A stretch of DNA of 43,154 nucleotides. Origin: an uncultured Ruficoccus sp. Lineage in GTDB: Bacteria; Verrucomicrobiota; Verrucomicrobiia; Opitutales; Cerasicoccaceae. Below, one piece after another: positions 19,406-28,428 of the stretch. The DNA is taken from NCBI GenBank assembly GCA_965140785.1, contig OZ223513.1, positions 1-43,154 of the forward strand, read 5' to 3'. Position 1 is the stretch's first letter. Each line of letters starts with the position of its first letter. Under the pieces are notes generated by a model, which saw nothing but the letters and a program-made list of their open reading frames with translations, ran no database searches and was not told where the DNA came from. Both the position numbers and the translations under genes were made by a program.

Positions 19406-19573
19406 AATTGAAAAGAGTCAAGCTGATTGTGGATCTTTTATATGAGTCATGGGTGAAATGGAGTTATTTAACAGAAACCATAGCCACAAAGACACAGAGC
19501 TGAGGGGAACGGGGGGCTACGACTAAATTTAGGCGGGCGGAAGAGCCGAACTCGGCTCATCTCACCACCAAAC

Positions 19574-20086
19574 TCAGGCGTCGGCGTTTTTGCCTTTTCC
19601 CTCGCTTTCCTTTTTCCGGTCGCAGACGCCGAGCTTGCTCAACTGGTCGCAGTTGGCCTCCAGCCGCAGGCTGATACTTTTAGGGCTAAATCCCTGCTTG
19701 CGGGCGAGTGCCCCTTCGCGCAACGCCAGGCAGGGGTCCTCCAGCGGAAAAACCTGCTTGCAGTCCTGACAGACGACATGGCTCTGACCTCCCTGGGGCG
19801 ATCCGGCCGGGGCGTAGCATTTTTTCTCTCCAGCCCCCTGAATCTCCTGCAGCACGCCCGCATCGACGAGGTGCCCGAGCGTGCGGTACACCGTCGAAAG
19901 AGATATCTGGCTGTCCTCGCGTCGGCAACGTATCAGCAGGGTGTCCGCATCAAACGCGTCCTCAGCCCGCAAAGCGACCTCACAAATAATTTTCCGCACG
20001 ACGGTGACTGAACTACCCTTGGTCCGCCAGTAGGCGTAGGCTTGGGCGATCAGGTAGTCCGCGGGGGTCTCAGCAACCTCTCCCAT
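19574..20086 (-). CDS. Atypical Fur-family transcriptional regulator
   Basis: ISLSTVYRTL..LVDAG recognition helix, HVVCQDC, C-terminal Cys; lacks the usual HHxH His cluster. Confidence 0.85.
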   Translation of the reverse strand: MGEVAETPADYLIAQAYAYWRTKGSSVTVVRKIICEVALRAEDAFDADTLLIRCRREDSQISLSTVYRTLGHLVDAGVLQEIQGAGEKKCYAPAGSPQGGQSHVVCQDCKQVFPLEDPCLALREGALARKQGFSPKSISLRLEANCDQLSKLGVCDRKKESEGKGKNADA

Positions 20087-20091
20087 CGTGG

Positions 20092-20481
20092 TCAGGCTGC
20101 GAGGCTATCGCCTTTGAAAGCGAACTGCAGTTCAATCCGCTCGCTCTTGTAAACACGGTTATGGACGACTTCCTGGAGCATCCGCTGACAGAAGGACTCC
20201 AGATCCCCGTCGTCGAGGAAAAGCGGAATGCTTTCGAGCATCCGGTCCCGCTCATCCCGGGCCACGACGACCAGATTGGTTTCGAGCCACTTGCGCAGGG
20301 CCTGCAGGCGTCTGACCTTGTCTCCCTTAGCGGCGCTGAAGAGCTTGAAGTAGCACGAGACACAGCGCCCCGGGTTCTGCTTAGTCAACGCGTGCTCGCG
20401 CAGGTCGAGAATGGCATCTGCCTGCTTATAAAAGGCGTCGCTAAGCGGCACCAGAACCTCATGTAAAAATTGGGCGCTCAT
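20092..20481 (-). CDS. Hypothetical protein with CxxC motif
   Basis: Clean ORF with genome-typical codons, 5 bp upstream of the Fur start; GRCVSCYF motif. Start moved to the ATG at 20481. Confidence 0.75.
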   Translation of the reverse strand: MSAQFLHEVLVPLSDAFYKQADAILDLREHALTKQNPGRCVSCYFKLFSAAKGDKVRRLQALRKWLETNLVVVARDERDRMLESIPLFLDDGDLESFCQRMLQEVVHNRVYKSERIELQFAFKGDSLAA

Positions 20482-20502
20482 TGACACCCTTATAGATGCC
20501 AA

Positions 20503-20517
20503 TGAGACCCAATCGCA
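20503..20517. promoter_or_regulatory. Fur-like box (TGAGA-N5-TCGCA)
   Basis: aaTGAGACCCAATCGCAa about 22 bp upstream of the 20481 start; resembles sites at 20855, 20883 and 28298. Confidence 0.45.
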
Positions 20518-20564
20518 AGAATAAAATGACTAGTAAGGCGTTTTTTTTCGCTACCTGATCAGAA

Positions 20565-20762
20565 CTAAGCCTTGGCGGAGTACTCGCCACACCAGTCGGA
20601 GGAGGCGGTTTCGGGGAAGTGCGTTTCGAAACGGGTATCTTCATCCACCGCGAAGACGACGGATTGGGGAGCGTTGCGGCGGCACTCGCCCTTTTCGCTG
20701 GAAACACTCTTCCAGTAGGCGCATTTGCTGCAGGTGGCGTTGGCGGTCATTGTCTTTTCCAT
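20565..20762 (-). CDS. Small 4-Cys protein, HiPIP-like cysteine pattern
   Basis: CSKCAYW...GECRRNAP...FPET...DWCGEY; GAGG Shine-Dalgarno on the minus strand about 9 nt upstream. Confidence 0.8.
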   Translation of the reverse strand: MEKTMTANATCSKCAYWKSVSSEKGECRRNAPQSVVFAVDEDTRFETHFPETASSDWCGEYSAKA

Positions 20763-20854
20763 AATGGTATTCCTCGGTTGAAGTTATGCTTAATAATTAA
20801 GCACAAGGGTCCCATTTGTTCCAGCTAAAGCCAGCATTACCAAGCATTTGCTAA

Positions 20855-20897
20855 TGAGAGGCGGTCTCGCCATAAGTGAGCTTGATTCGCAATTGCA
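20855..20897. promoter_or_regulatory. Two Fur-like boxes upstream of the Cys-rich module
   Basis: aaTGAGAGGCGGTCTCG (20855-20869) and tTGATTCGCAATTGCAa (20883-20897). Confidence 0.4.
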
Positions 20898-20947
20898 ACA
20901 AGCTCTTGGCCGGGCGCTCAATCAGCCAAAGTCGGGCTGGCGCGGGT

Positions 20948-23188
20948 CTACTTTTCGTTCAGCACCTGATGCACGAGGGAGCCGAGCACGTTGATGCTAT
21001 GGGGCTTCGGCAGGAGGGCGCTGATACCGACCTCCTCCATCACCTCAGTCGTCAGTTTCGCCGAGTAGCCAGTGGTCAGGATGATACGCTGGTCGGGGCG
21101 CAACTTGAGGACTTCCCGGGCGAAATCCATCCCGGTCATGCCGGGCATGGTCTCGTCGGTAATAATCAGGTCGTACCGTTGAGGCTCTTGGCGTAAGCGC
21201 TCCAGCGCCTCGGTCACCTTCTGGCAGCCCTCGGCCTGATAACCGATCAGTTCCAGCGACTTCTGCCCCAGCAGGAGCAGCGACTCCTCGTCGTCCACAA
21301 TCAGGATGCGCTGACCATTTCCGGGCGGTACAGGTGCGTTCTCATCATCCACGTCCACCACCCTATCCATGTGGACCGGGAAATAAAGACGAAATGACGT
21401 GCCGACATTCCTTTGACTATAGACGGTGATGGCGCCGTCGTGGTTTTTCATGATGCCATGGACGACCGCCAGTCCCAGCCCCGTCCCCTCGCCTGCCGGC
21501 TTGGTGGTAAAGAACGGATCGTAGATGCGCCTCAGCGTTTCCTTGTTCATGCCGCATCCGTCATCAGAAACCGATATGCGCACATATTGGCCCGGTTGCA
21601 GATTCGGATTCTGCTCGGCCACATGATCGTCCACCTCAAAGGGCTCCAGGGCAAACTCCAGATGGCCGGTCTGGCCGCTCATGGCATGAAGGGCATTGGT
21701 TCCGAGATTGAGAAGGACCTGCTGGACCTGCCCGGAGTTGGCCAGGACCGGCGGGGCGGAGGGCTCCAGCCGGGTCACGATCTCGATCGTGGAGGGCAGC
21801 GAAGCCCGCAGCAGGGCGATGGACTCCTGCACGACCCCGTAGAGCTGCGTCGGCTTGCGTTCCTGCGGCTCCTGGCGACTGAAGGTGAGAATCTGCTTAA
21901 TCAGCGCCGTGGCCCGCGCTCCGGCCCGCATGGCCGTATCCAGGTTCTCGCGGACCTCCGGCTGAGTTGAGGCCATGTGGGCCAACTGCGTGTAGCCGTT
22001 GATAGCCATCATGATATTGTTGAAGTCGTGGGCAATCCCACCCGCCAGCGTACCGATGGCCTCCATCTTTTGCGCCTGGTTGAGCTGCCCCTCAAGCTTG
22101 CGCTTGTCGGACACGTCCCGCATCATGAGGAGAATGCCGTTCGGATTGCCGGCTCCATCCACAGTGGAGTATGCCAGCACCTCGACGCAGACGGTGGAGC
22201 CGTCCTTGCGCAGCTCCTCCCGCTCATGATGGATTTCACGCCCATTGCGTAAGCGCTCCAGACGCTTCAGGAGGGCGGCATGGGCCTCCTTGGGATAGCG
22301 ACTCAAATAGGGCTTGCCCACCATCTCGGAGGCGGACCAGCCAAGCAGTTCAGTCGCCCCCTCATTCCAGTAGACGATATTAGTGTCCAGGTCGGCGAAG
22401 ATAATCGCATCGCGCAGCCGGGAGAGGATCGCGGCGTCGCGCCGGAGCACAGCCTCGTTGTGCTTGCGCAGGGTGATGTCGCGCAGGGTGACCAGGGTCG
22501 CCTCTTTTTCATTCCAGGCGGACTCGACCGTGCGCATCTCCACCACCCTGACCGAGCCATCCGAACGCGGGATCTCCAGTTCGCCCGGGGGCTCCAGGTC
22601 CAGTGGGTACTGAAACGGCTGCCCGACCAGCTCCAGCATGCGGCAGTCCAGAATATCCTCCGCCGCCGGATTGGCGAACTGAACCCGGTTCTCCCGGCAC
22701 ACGACAAGGATGGCATCCTTGCTGGATTCGATAATCTGCCGGATGCGCGATTCACTGGCCGCCAGTTGGCGGGTCTTGCTGCGCAGTTCGCTGTCCACGC
22801 GCTGACGCTCGACCGCGTACCTGATGCAGCGCCCCAGCAGTGTCGCATCGAACTGATTCTTACGCAGGAAATCCTGGGCTCCCATGCGCAGGGCGCGCGT
22901 GCTGGCTTCTTCATCATCCAGCCCGGTCAGCACAAGGACGGGCACATCCGGAAATCGTTTTTTGAGCCGGGTACAGGTCTGCTCTCCCTGGGAATCCGGC
23001 AGGCCCAGATCCAATAGCACCGCGTCATAAACATCCTTGCCCAGTTCCTCCAGGCACTCGGCCATGCGGGACACGTTTTTCAGCGTGAAGTCAAAATCCT
23101 CCACCTCCTCCAGTAACTCCTGGAGAATCAAAACATCGGCCGGGTTGTCCTCAACCAGCAAGATGTGGAACTTGTGCCGATTACGCAT
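20948..23188 (-). CDS. Hybrid sensor kinase REC-PAS-PAS-HisKA-HATPase-REC
   Basis: [17 protein letters not shown] receiver, two PAS domains, [25 protein letters not shown]-terminal ILIVDDE receiver. Confidence 0.94.
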   Translation of the reverse strand: MRNRHKFHILLVEDNPADVLILQELLEEVEDFDFTLKNVSRMAECLEELGKDVYDAVLLDLGLPDSQGEQTCTRLKKRFPDVPVLVLTGLDDEEASTRALRMGAQDFLRKNQFDATLLGRCIRYAVERQRVDSELRSKTRQLAASESRIRQIIESSKDAILVVCRENRVQFANPAAEDILDCRMLELVGQPFQYPLDLEPPGELEIPRSDGSVRVVEMRTVESAWNEKEATLVTLRDITLRKHNEAVLRRDAAILSRLRDAIIFADLDTNIVYWNEGATELLGWSASEMVGKPYLSRYPKEAHAALLKRLERLRNGREIHHEREELRKDGSTVCVEVLAYSTVDGAGNPNGILLMMRDVSDKRKLEGQLNQAQKMEAIGTLAGGIAHDFNNIMMAINGYTQLAHMASTQPEVRENLDTAMRAGARATALIKQILTFSRQEPQERKPTQLYGVVQESIALLRASLPSTIEIVTRLEPSAPPVLANSGQVQQVLLNLGTNALHAMSGQTGHLEFALEPFEVDDHVAEQNPNLQPGQYVRISVSDDGCGMNKETLRRIYDPFFTTKPAGEGTGLGLAVVHGIMKNHDGAITVYSQRNVGTSFRLYFPVHMDRVVDVDDENAPVPPGNGQRILIVDDEESLLLLGQKSLELIGYQAEGCQKVTEALERLRQEPQRYDLIITDETMPGMTGMDFAREVLKLRPDQRIILTTGYSAKLTTEVMEEVGISALLPKPHSINVLGSLVHQVLNEK

Positions 23189-23639
23189 CTTCGCTGTCGG
23201 GGAGCTCGACCACGCAGAACCAGAAATCATGAATAGACCTTACGATTCCAGAGAAAGTTTCAAAGTTGACCGGCTTGACGACATAGCAATTGGCATGTAG
23301 ACCGTAAACGGTCTTAACGTCCGCGTCGGAGTTAGAGGTGCTCAGCACCACAACGGGGATATTTTGGAGCGAAGCATCGGCCTTGATCTCGGCCAAGACT
23401 TCTCGTCCGCTTTTACGGGGTAAATTCAAATCCAGCAAGATGAGGCCGGGCCGGGGGGCGTCCGCATACTTGCCCTGGCGGTGGAGGAATTCGAGGGCCT
23501 CGACCCCGTCCTGCACGACGTGCAGCACATTGAGCACTTTGGAGTACTCCAGCGCCTCGCGGGTCAACATGATATCGGCCGGACTGTCTTCAACCAAAAG
23601 GATTTCAACAGGGCGGGTTGGTGAGGATGAACGTTCCAT
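23181..23639 (-). CDS. Single-domain response regulator (Rcp1-like)
   Basis: [40 protein letters not shown]. Confidence 0.94.
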   Translation of the reverse strand: MERSSSPTRPVEILLVEDSPADIMLTREALEYSKVLNVLHVVQDGVEALEFLHRQGKYADAPRPGLILLDLNLPRKSGREVLAEIKADASLQNIPVVVLSTSNSDADVKTVYGLHANCYVVKPVNFETFSGIVRSIHDFWFCVVELPDSEDA

Positions 23640-23689
23640 TCAATGTCTTTCGCAATTAATCATTATCTTATATTATTTATACCCAATCT

Positions 23690-26032
23690 TCAATCATCTT
23701 CAATGTCTTCACAAATAGTAAAATAAAAGGTACTGCCTTCTCCGGGGGTGGACTCGACCCAAATACTGCCGCCGTGGCGCTCGGCAATACGCTTGCACAG
23801 GGCCAGGCCGATCCCGGTGCCGGCATATTCGTCGCGGGTGTGCAGGCGCTGAAAGATCACAAAAATGCGCTCGAAGTAATCCGCATCTATCCCGATGCCA
23901 TTATCCCGCACGCTAATAACCCACTTGTTGTCTTTCTTCTCAACGCCGATATTGATCTCCGGCGGACGCTCGCCCCGGAATTTGAGCCCGTTACCGATCA
24001 GGTTCTGAAAGAGCATCGCCAATTGCCCGGCATCACAGCGCACGTCGGGAAGCGAATCGTGGATGATGGTCGCCCCACACTCTTCGATCAGGACACTGAG
24101 ATTTTTCATGGCGATCTTGAGGGGTTTTACCAGATTGATCTCTTGCATGGCCTCCCCGCGCGTACTCACCCGGGAGAATGCCAGCAGATCCTGAATCAGG
24201 CGCTGCATGCGCTCGGCTCCATCCACCGTGTGAGCGATAAACTGGTCCGCCTTTTCGTCCAGCTTGCCTTCGTAGCGCTTTTTCAACAACTGGACGCAGC
24301 CGGCGACCGCGCGCAGGGGCTCCTGTAAATCGTGAGAAGCGATGTAGGCGAACTGCTCCAGGTCTTTGTTGGAACGCGCCAGGCGGGCCGCCTGACGGAC
24401 CAGGGTCTCGGACACCCTCATGCTCTCCGTGATGTCGGAACGCACGGCAACGAATTGCCGCGGCTTGCCGTTGGCGCCCATAAAGGGAACGATCGTCGTC
24501 TCGACCCAGTAGATGCTGCCGTCTTTGGCCCGGTTGCGGATTTTCCCATGCCAGACATGGCCCTGCGAAATGGTCTTCCATAGGCCGCGCATGAAGTCCT
24601 TCGTGTGGTACCCCGAATTGAGAATCCGATGGTCCTGTCCGATCAGTTCCTCGCGGGCGTATTTGGAAATAGCGCAGAACTTGTCGTTCACGTACGTGAT
24701 CTCGCCACGCGGATTGGTGATCGCGACGATGGCGTGCTCGTCCAGCGCGGTTTTCAGATCCTGGATCTCGCGCAGGCTGTCCTGCAGGTACCCTTCAACC
24801 CGTTTATGCTCGGTCACATTCCGGGTGATCCGTGAAACGCCGATCAGTTTTCCAGCATCATCGACGATGGATGAGACCATCACGGAAACATCCAACACGT
24901 TTCCATTTTTGCACTGGCGCTTGGCCTCGAAATGACCCGTTCTCGCGCCTTGCCGGATACTCTGGATGATCTCGCTTTCGTCAGCAAGGTCATCGTGCGG
25001 GATAAGGCGGGCCATGGTCTTTCCGATCATCTCCTTCTCGGTGTAGCCGTACATTTTTTCCGCGGCCCGGTTCCAGGTCATGATCGTACCGTTCATGTTT
25101 TCACTGACCACGGCCGCATCCGACGACTCGATAATGGCCGCCAACAGCGCGTCCGAGCGCTGCGCCTCGCGCAGGAGCTTGTTCTGCTCGATCAACTCCT
25201 CATGCGTCCGGTTAAGCTTCGCAGCCTGCAGCCAGATAAAAGCGCCAAAGACCAACATCGTGATCACAGTGAACAGGTCCGCGATCATGACCGGCTCGTA
25301 ATAGCCGGCCATGGCTCCATGCACGAGCAACCACCCCAACAGCATCGGTAGCAGCAGGACCACCGGCACCAGCCGCCGGGCGAACTGGCCGCCCATTTTT
25401 TGGCTGGTGAGCGTCTCCATCATCCCCTGCTGAGGTCGCATCAGGAGGGTTCCGGAGCTGAGCACAACGAAAAGCAGCGAGGTGTGCACAGCCATGGAGG
25501 AGAACCAGAAGAAATTGTAAAGGGCGGACACCTCCATCAGGTATCCCAGCACGCCGATCATGCCGCCGATAAAGGTCCCCATGGCAAAGGCCTGTCCCAG
25601 CCTCACGAAAGCCGCTCCTTCCTTTCGCCCGCCCAGGAAAAGCAGCGAAATATTTAACATGAAGAAGCAAAAAGCCGTCGCCGTGGACATGCGCCCCGGA
25701 AATGACTCCATCGGTGTGTCCGGATCGACCACGACCCACTCGTCGATCCCTATCTGGACACCGCCCCAGTATTCCCAGAGCGTCGCCACCGCGATTAACA
25801 GCGAAAGAACGGCTAGAGCGTGGGCAACTCCCCGGCCAAACCGAAGAGCAAAAAGGGCCAGCGCACCCGCCGACAGTAAAAAGCACAGGGCGGTGTTGAA
25901 CTTCATCGTCGCCATCCCCGGCAGGACGCTCTTGACCGCGTCGATATTGGCGAACCACCCGACTAAAACAACCGCCGAAATAAAGAAACTAATAACACCG
26001 AGGACGAACGATTGCCGGGTATAGCGAGTCAT
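23690..26032 (-). CDS. Membrane-bound PAS sensor histidine kinase (Cph1-type transmitter)
   Basis: N-terminal TM bundle, two PAS domains, FAYIASHDLQEPLR, DNGIGID, FQRLH, GTGIGLALC. Confidence 0.94.
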   Translation of the reverse strand: MTRYTRQSFVLGVISFFISAVVLVGWFANIDAVKSVLPGMATMKFNTALCFLLSAGALALFALRFGRGVAHALAVLSLLIAVATLWEYWGGVQIGIDEWVVVDPDTPMESFPGRMSTATAFCFFMLNISLLFLGGRKEGAAFVRLGQAFAMGTFIGGMIGVLGYLMEVSALYNFFWFSSMAVHTSLLFVVLSSGTLLMRPQQGMMETLTSQKMGGQFARRLVPVVLLLPMLLGWLLVHGAMAGYYEPVMIADLFTVITMLVFGAFIWLQAAKLNRTHEELIEQNKLLREAQRSDALLAAIIESSDAAVVSENMNGTIMTWNRAAEKMYGYTEKEMIGKTMARLIPHDDLADESEIIQSIRQGARTGHFEAKRQCKNGNVLDVSVMVSSIVDDAGKLIGVSRITRNVTEHKRVEGYLQDSLREIQDLKTALDEHAIVAITNPRGEITYVNDKFCAISKYAREELIGQDHRILNSGYHTKDFMRGLWKTISQGHVWHGKIRNRAKDGSIYWVETTIVPFMGANGKPRQFVAVRSDITESMRVSETLVRQAARLARSNKDLEQFAYIASHDLQEPLRAVAGCVQLLKKRYEGKLDEKADQFIAHTVDGAERMQRLIQDLLAFSRVSTRGEAMQEINLVKPLKIAMKNLSVLIEECGATIIHDSLPDVRCDAGQLAMLFQNLIGNGLKFRGERPPEINIGVEKKDNKWVISVRDNGIGIDADYFERIFVIFQRLHTRDEYAGTGIGLALCKRIAERHGGSIWVESTPGEGSTFYFTICEDIEDD

Positions 26033-26705
26033 ATAGAGCGAAGGGGAAGAGTGAAGAAGCACTACTCAACGCTATAGCGTTCTATGTAGACCTGATATTG
26101 AGGCGAGTCAAACACAAGTCGTTACATAATACGTACTTTTCAACACATAACCTAATGGAATGAGTCTTACCTTCTCAGAATTATTCCTCAAAAAACGCGA
26201 TTCCCCCCCGCGCCAACTCCCATCGGACTTCCGCGGTCATCGTAGTTCATTGTCTTTCAATTAAAAGTCCCGGGGGCATACCTATCCTGAAAACATTACT
26301 TTGTACCGCCCGGCTATAGATAGGTACTTAAACCCTTCCATATAGGGCCTTTAGTCATACATAATATTCTCCGGCATACCCGAGGTAATGTTTTTTAAAC
26401 CACGGCCTGTACTCAAACCTCAGAACGAGCAGTCGAGGTGAATAATGGAGGTTAAGTTTTGGGCTGCCAGCTGAGGCAATTTTAAGAATTACCGAGCCGA
26501 GGATACGAAATTTATCCCAATCAGGCACAAGCATGTAACGTGAGCAGGTTAGCGTACAGGGCCTTGGGGAGCTCTGCTATGACACCGGCCACACGCCTTC
26601 AGACGCCAGGGCCTTTCCCCTCTTCGACTTCGCTCGCGATAGAACCAACCGAAACCCCAGACAGCCCCGTTTTGCCGCGTACAGGTACTGGGAATGCTTC
26701 CCGCC

Positions 26706-28265
26706 TCAATGTTCGCGAACCGCCGGAGCATGGCCCGGACGGCGTGAATTCGCACCGTCGTGAAGCGCCTCTCCGGGTGCCATTTTTACCGGAAAGTGTC
26801 CGTGCGGATGACCGCTGGGGCGTCCCTGAGTGTGACCGCTTGGCGGCGTACCGCCGGGGTGACCACCCATGCCACCGGGATGGCCTTTCATGCCTGCCGG
26901 GTGCCCCCCGGACTGAGCCGGAGCGGCTGGCGCCAGGCAGCCCATGATGAGGCTCTGAATTGTCTTGGCCCAGTAGGAACCGCTCATGGTCAGGCCGAAG
27001 CCCTCTTCGTCGCCATGCGGGGGGTCGATCAGCCCGGCTTGGCGCCAGTTCTCCAGCAAAGGGAGGGCCCAGGCATGCGCTTTCTCCGGCCAGGCAGCCA
27101 GCGGTGGAAGCTGGCGGCGCTCCATCGCCTCGGAGAGCCGACTCTTGAAGCGCTCCAGCTCGGTCATGGGCGCGCTCGGGGCCAGACAGCGGGCCGGGAT
27201 CGACCCGGCGGTGATCTGCTCGGCGTAGGCGTCGATATCACGCTCCATCATAATGGAGACGCGGCTGAGATTGCCCCCGGCCGACGAGCCGATGGGCAGG
27301 ATGTCGGCGTTGCTCTTGGCCAGGCGGTTGTAGATCGAGCGTTCGCGCTGGCCACGCCGCCAGTGCTGAGGCGTGAAGTGCTCGAACCCGTACCCGGCCA
27401 GCGCCTCGTGCGCGGCGCCGTACATCCGGGCCCTCTCCGCGCGCTCCGGCGGATGGCCGATACTCCCCCGCCCCTCGGCCACGGCCTTGGCCAGCGGACT
27501 GCCGGGGAACTGGATCAGCTCGTACAGATCGAGCCCGTCGATCCGGGTTTCCTCAGCCAGAAAGCGTAAATCCTCCAGGAGCAGCTCTCGGGTCTGGCCG
27601 GGCAGACCGAAAATCAGATCCACGATGAGCACCGCCTCGGTATCCGCCAGCGTGTTGAGCACTTTTAGGATTTCCTCCCGTCCGGCCAGTCGCCCCAGGC
27701 GGCGGCGCAAGGCTTCGTCCGTGCTCTGGAGCCCGAGCGAGAACCGGTTCGCCCCGGCCTCGCGCCAGGCCTTCGCCTTTTCCGGCGTAAAGTCGCGAAT
27801 ACGTCCTTCCACCGTGACCTCGGTCTCCTCGGTGATGGCGAACAGGCTCTTGAGCTTACGCAACACGCGGGCCAGATCCGGCGCGTTCAGGTCACTGGGC
27901 GTTCCCCCACCGAAATACACCGCGTCCACCGGGCGACAGTCCGCCCCCTGCCCCAGCGCGTCCTCGACCAGTTCCAAGTGGCGCAGCAGCAGGTCCGCGT
28001 AAAAAGCACTGAAACTATCGCTGCTGCGATTCTGGTAAAAGGGACAGAAAAGGCACCGGTGCCGACAAAACGGCACGTGCACGTAGAGGGCCAGCGGTTT
28101 GCAGCTGCGAGCGGCAAACAGACGCGGCGCCCACTCGCCAAAAGGCTTGTCCAACATCTGTGCGCCGGCCGCCGCCCGGCCATGGTTCGGCATCTTCTGA
28201 CCGGGCGCGAACGCCTCAGTCAGCGGGTCCGCTCCCGCGGGTACATAGCAGTCTTCCGGTTTCAT
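26706..28265 (-). CDS. HutW/ChuW-like heme-degrading radical SAM methyltransferase with His/Gly-rich tail
   Basis: LYVHVPFCRHRCLFCPF, AVYFGGGTP, TVEGRI, GANRFSLG, DGLDLY, HWRRGQRERSIYN, GSSAGG are typical of HutW/ChuW. Confidence 0.8.
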   Translation of the reverse strand: MKPEDCYVPAGADPLTEAFAPGQKMPNHGRAAAGAQMLDKPFGEWAPRLFAARSCKPLALYVHVPFCRHRCLFCPFYQNRSSDSFSAFYADLLLRHLELVEDALGQGADCRPVDAVYFGGGTPSDLNAPDLARVLRKLKSLFAITEETEVTVEGRIRDFTPEKAKAWREAGANRFSLGLQSTDEALRRRLGRLAGREEILKVLNTLADTEAVLIVDLIFGLPGQTRELLLEDLRFLAEETRIDGLDLYELIQFPGSPLAKAVAEGRGSIGHPPERAERARMYGAAHEALAGYGFEHFTPQHWRRGQRERSIYNRLAKSNADILPIGSSAGGNLSRVSIMMERDIDAYAEQITAGSIPARCLAPSAPMTELERFKSRLSEAMERRQLPPLAAWPEKAHAWALPLLENWRQAGLIDPPHGDEEGFGLTMSGSYWAKTIQSLIMGCLAPAAPAQSGGHPAGMKGHPGGMGGHPGGTPPSGHTQGRPSGHPHGHFPVKMAPGEALHDGANSRRPGHAPAVREH

Positions 28266-28297
28266 TCTCTGGCCCTGTCGTTAATATGAAACGTAAT

Positions 28298-28312
28298 TGA
28301 GTCTCGGTTTCA
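28298..28312. promoter_or_regulatory. Fur-like box upstream of the HutW-like gene
   Basis: aatTGAGTCTCGGTTTCAa (TGA-N9-TCA) about 33 bp upstream of the start at 28265. Confidence 0.45.
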
Positions 28313-28428
28313 AGTAAATGCATAGAGCGCCCTTCTCCAAGGCCGAAAATGGTCTTGCCGGCAAGCAACAAGCATTCTTATCAACCCCATTAGAAGGCTT
28401 GCGCAGCTCTTCTGATCCCTTCGAGGGC

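Noticed and set aside
19472..19500. AACCATAGCCACAAAGACACAGAG resembling a repeat arm
   Set aside because: No inverted partner arm found nearby; too weak to call.
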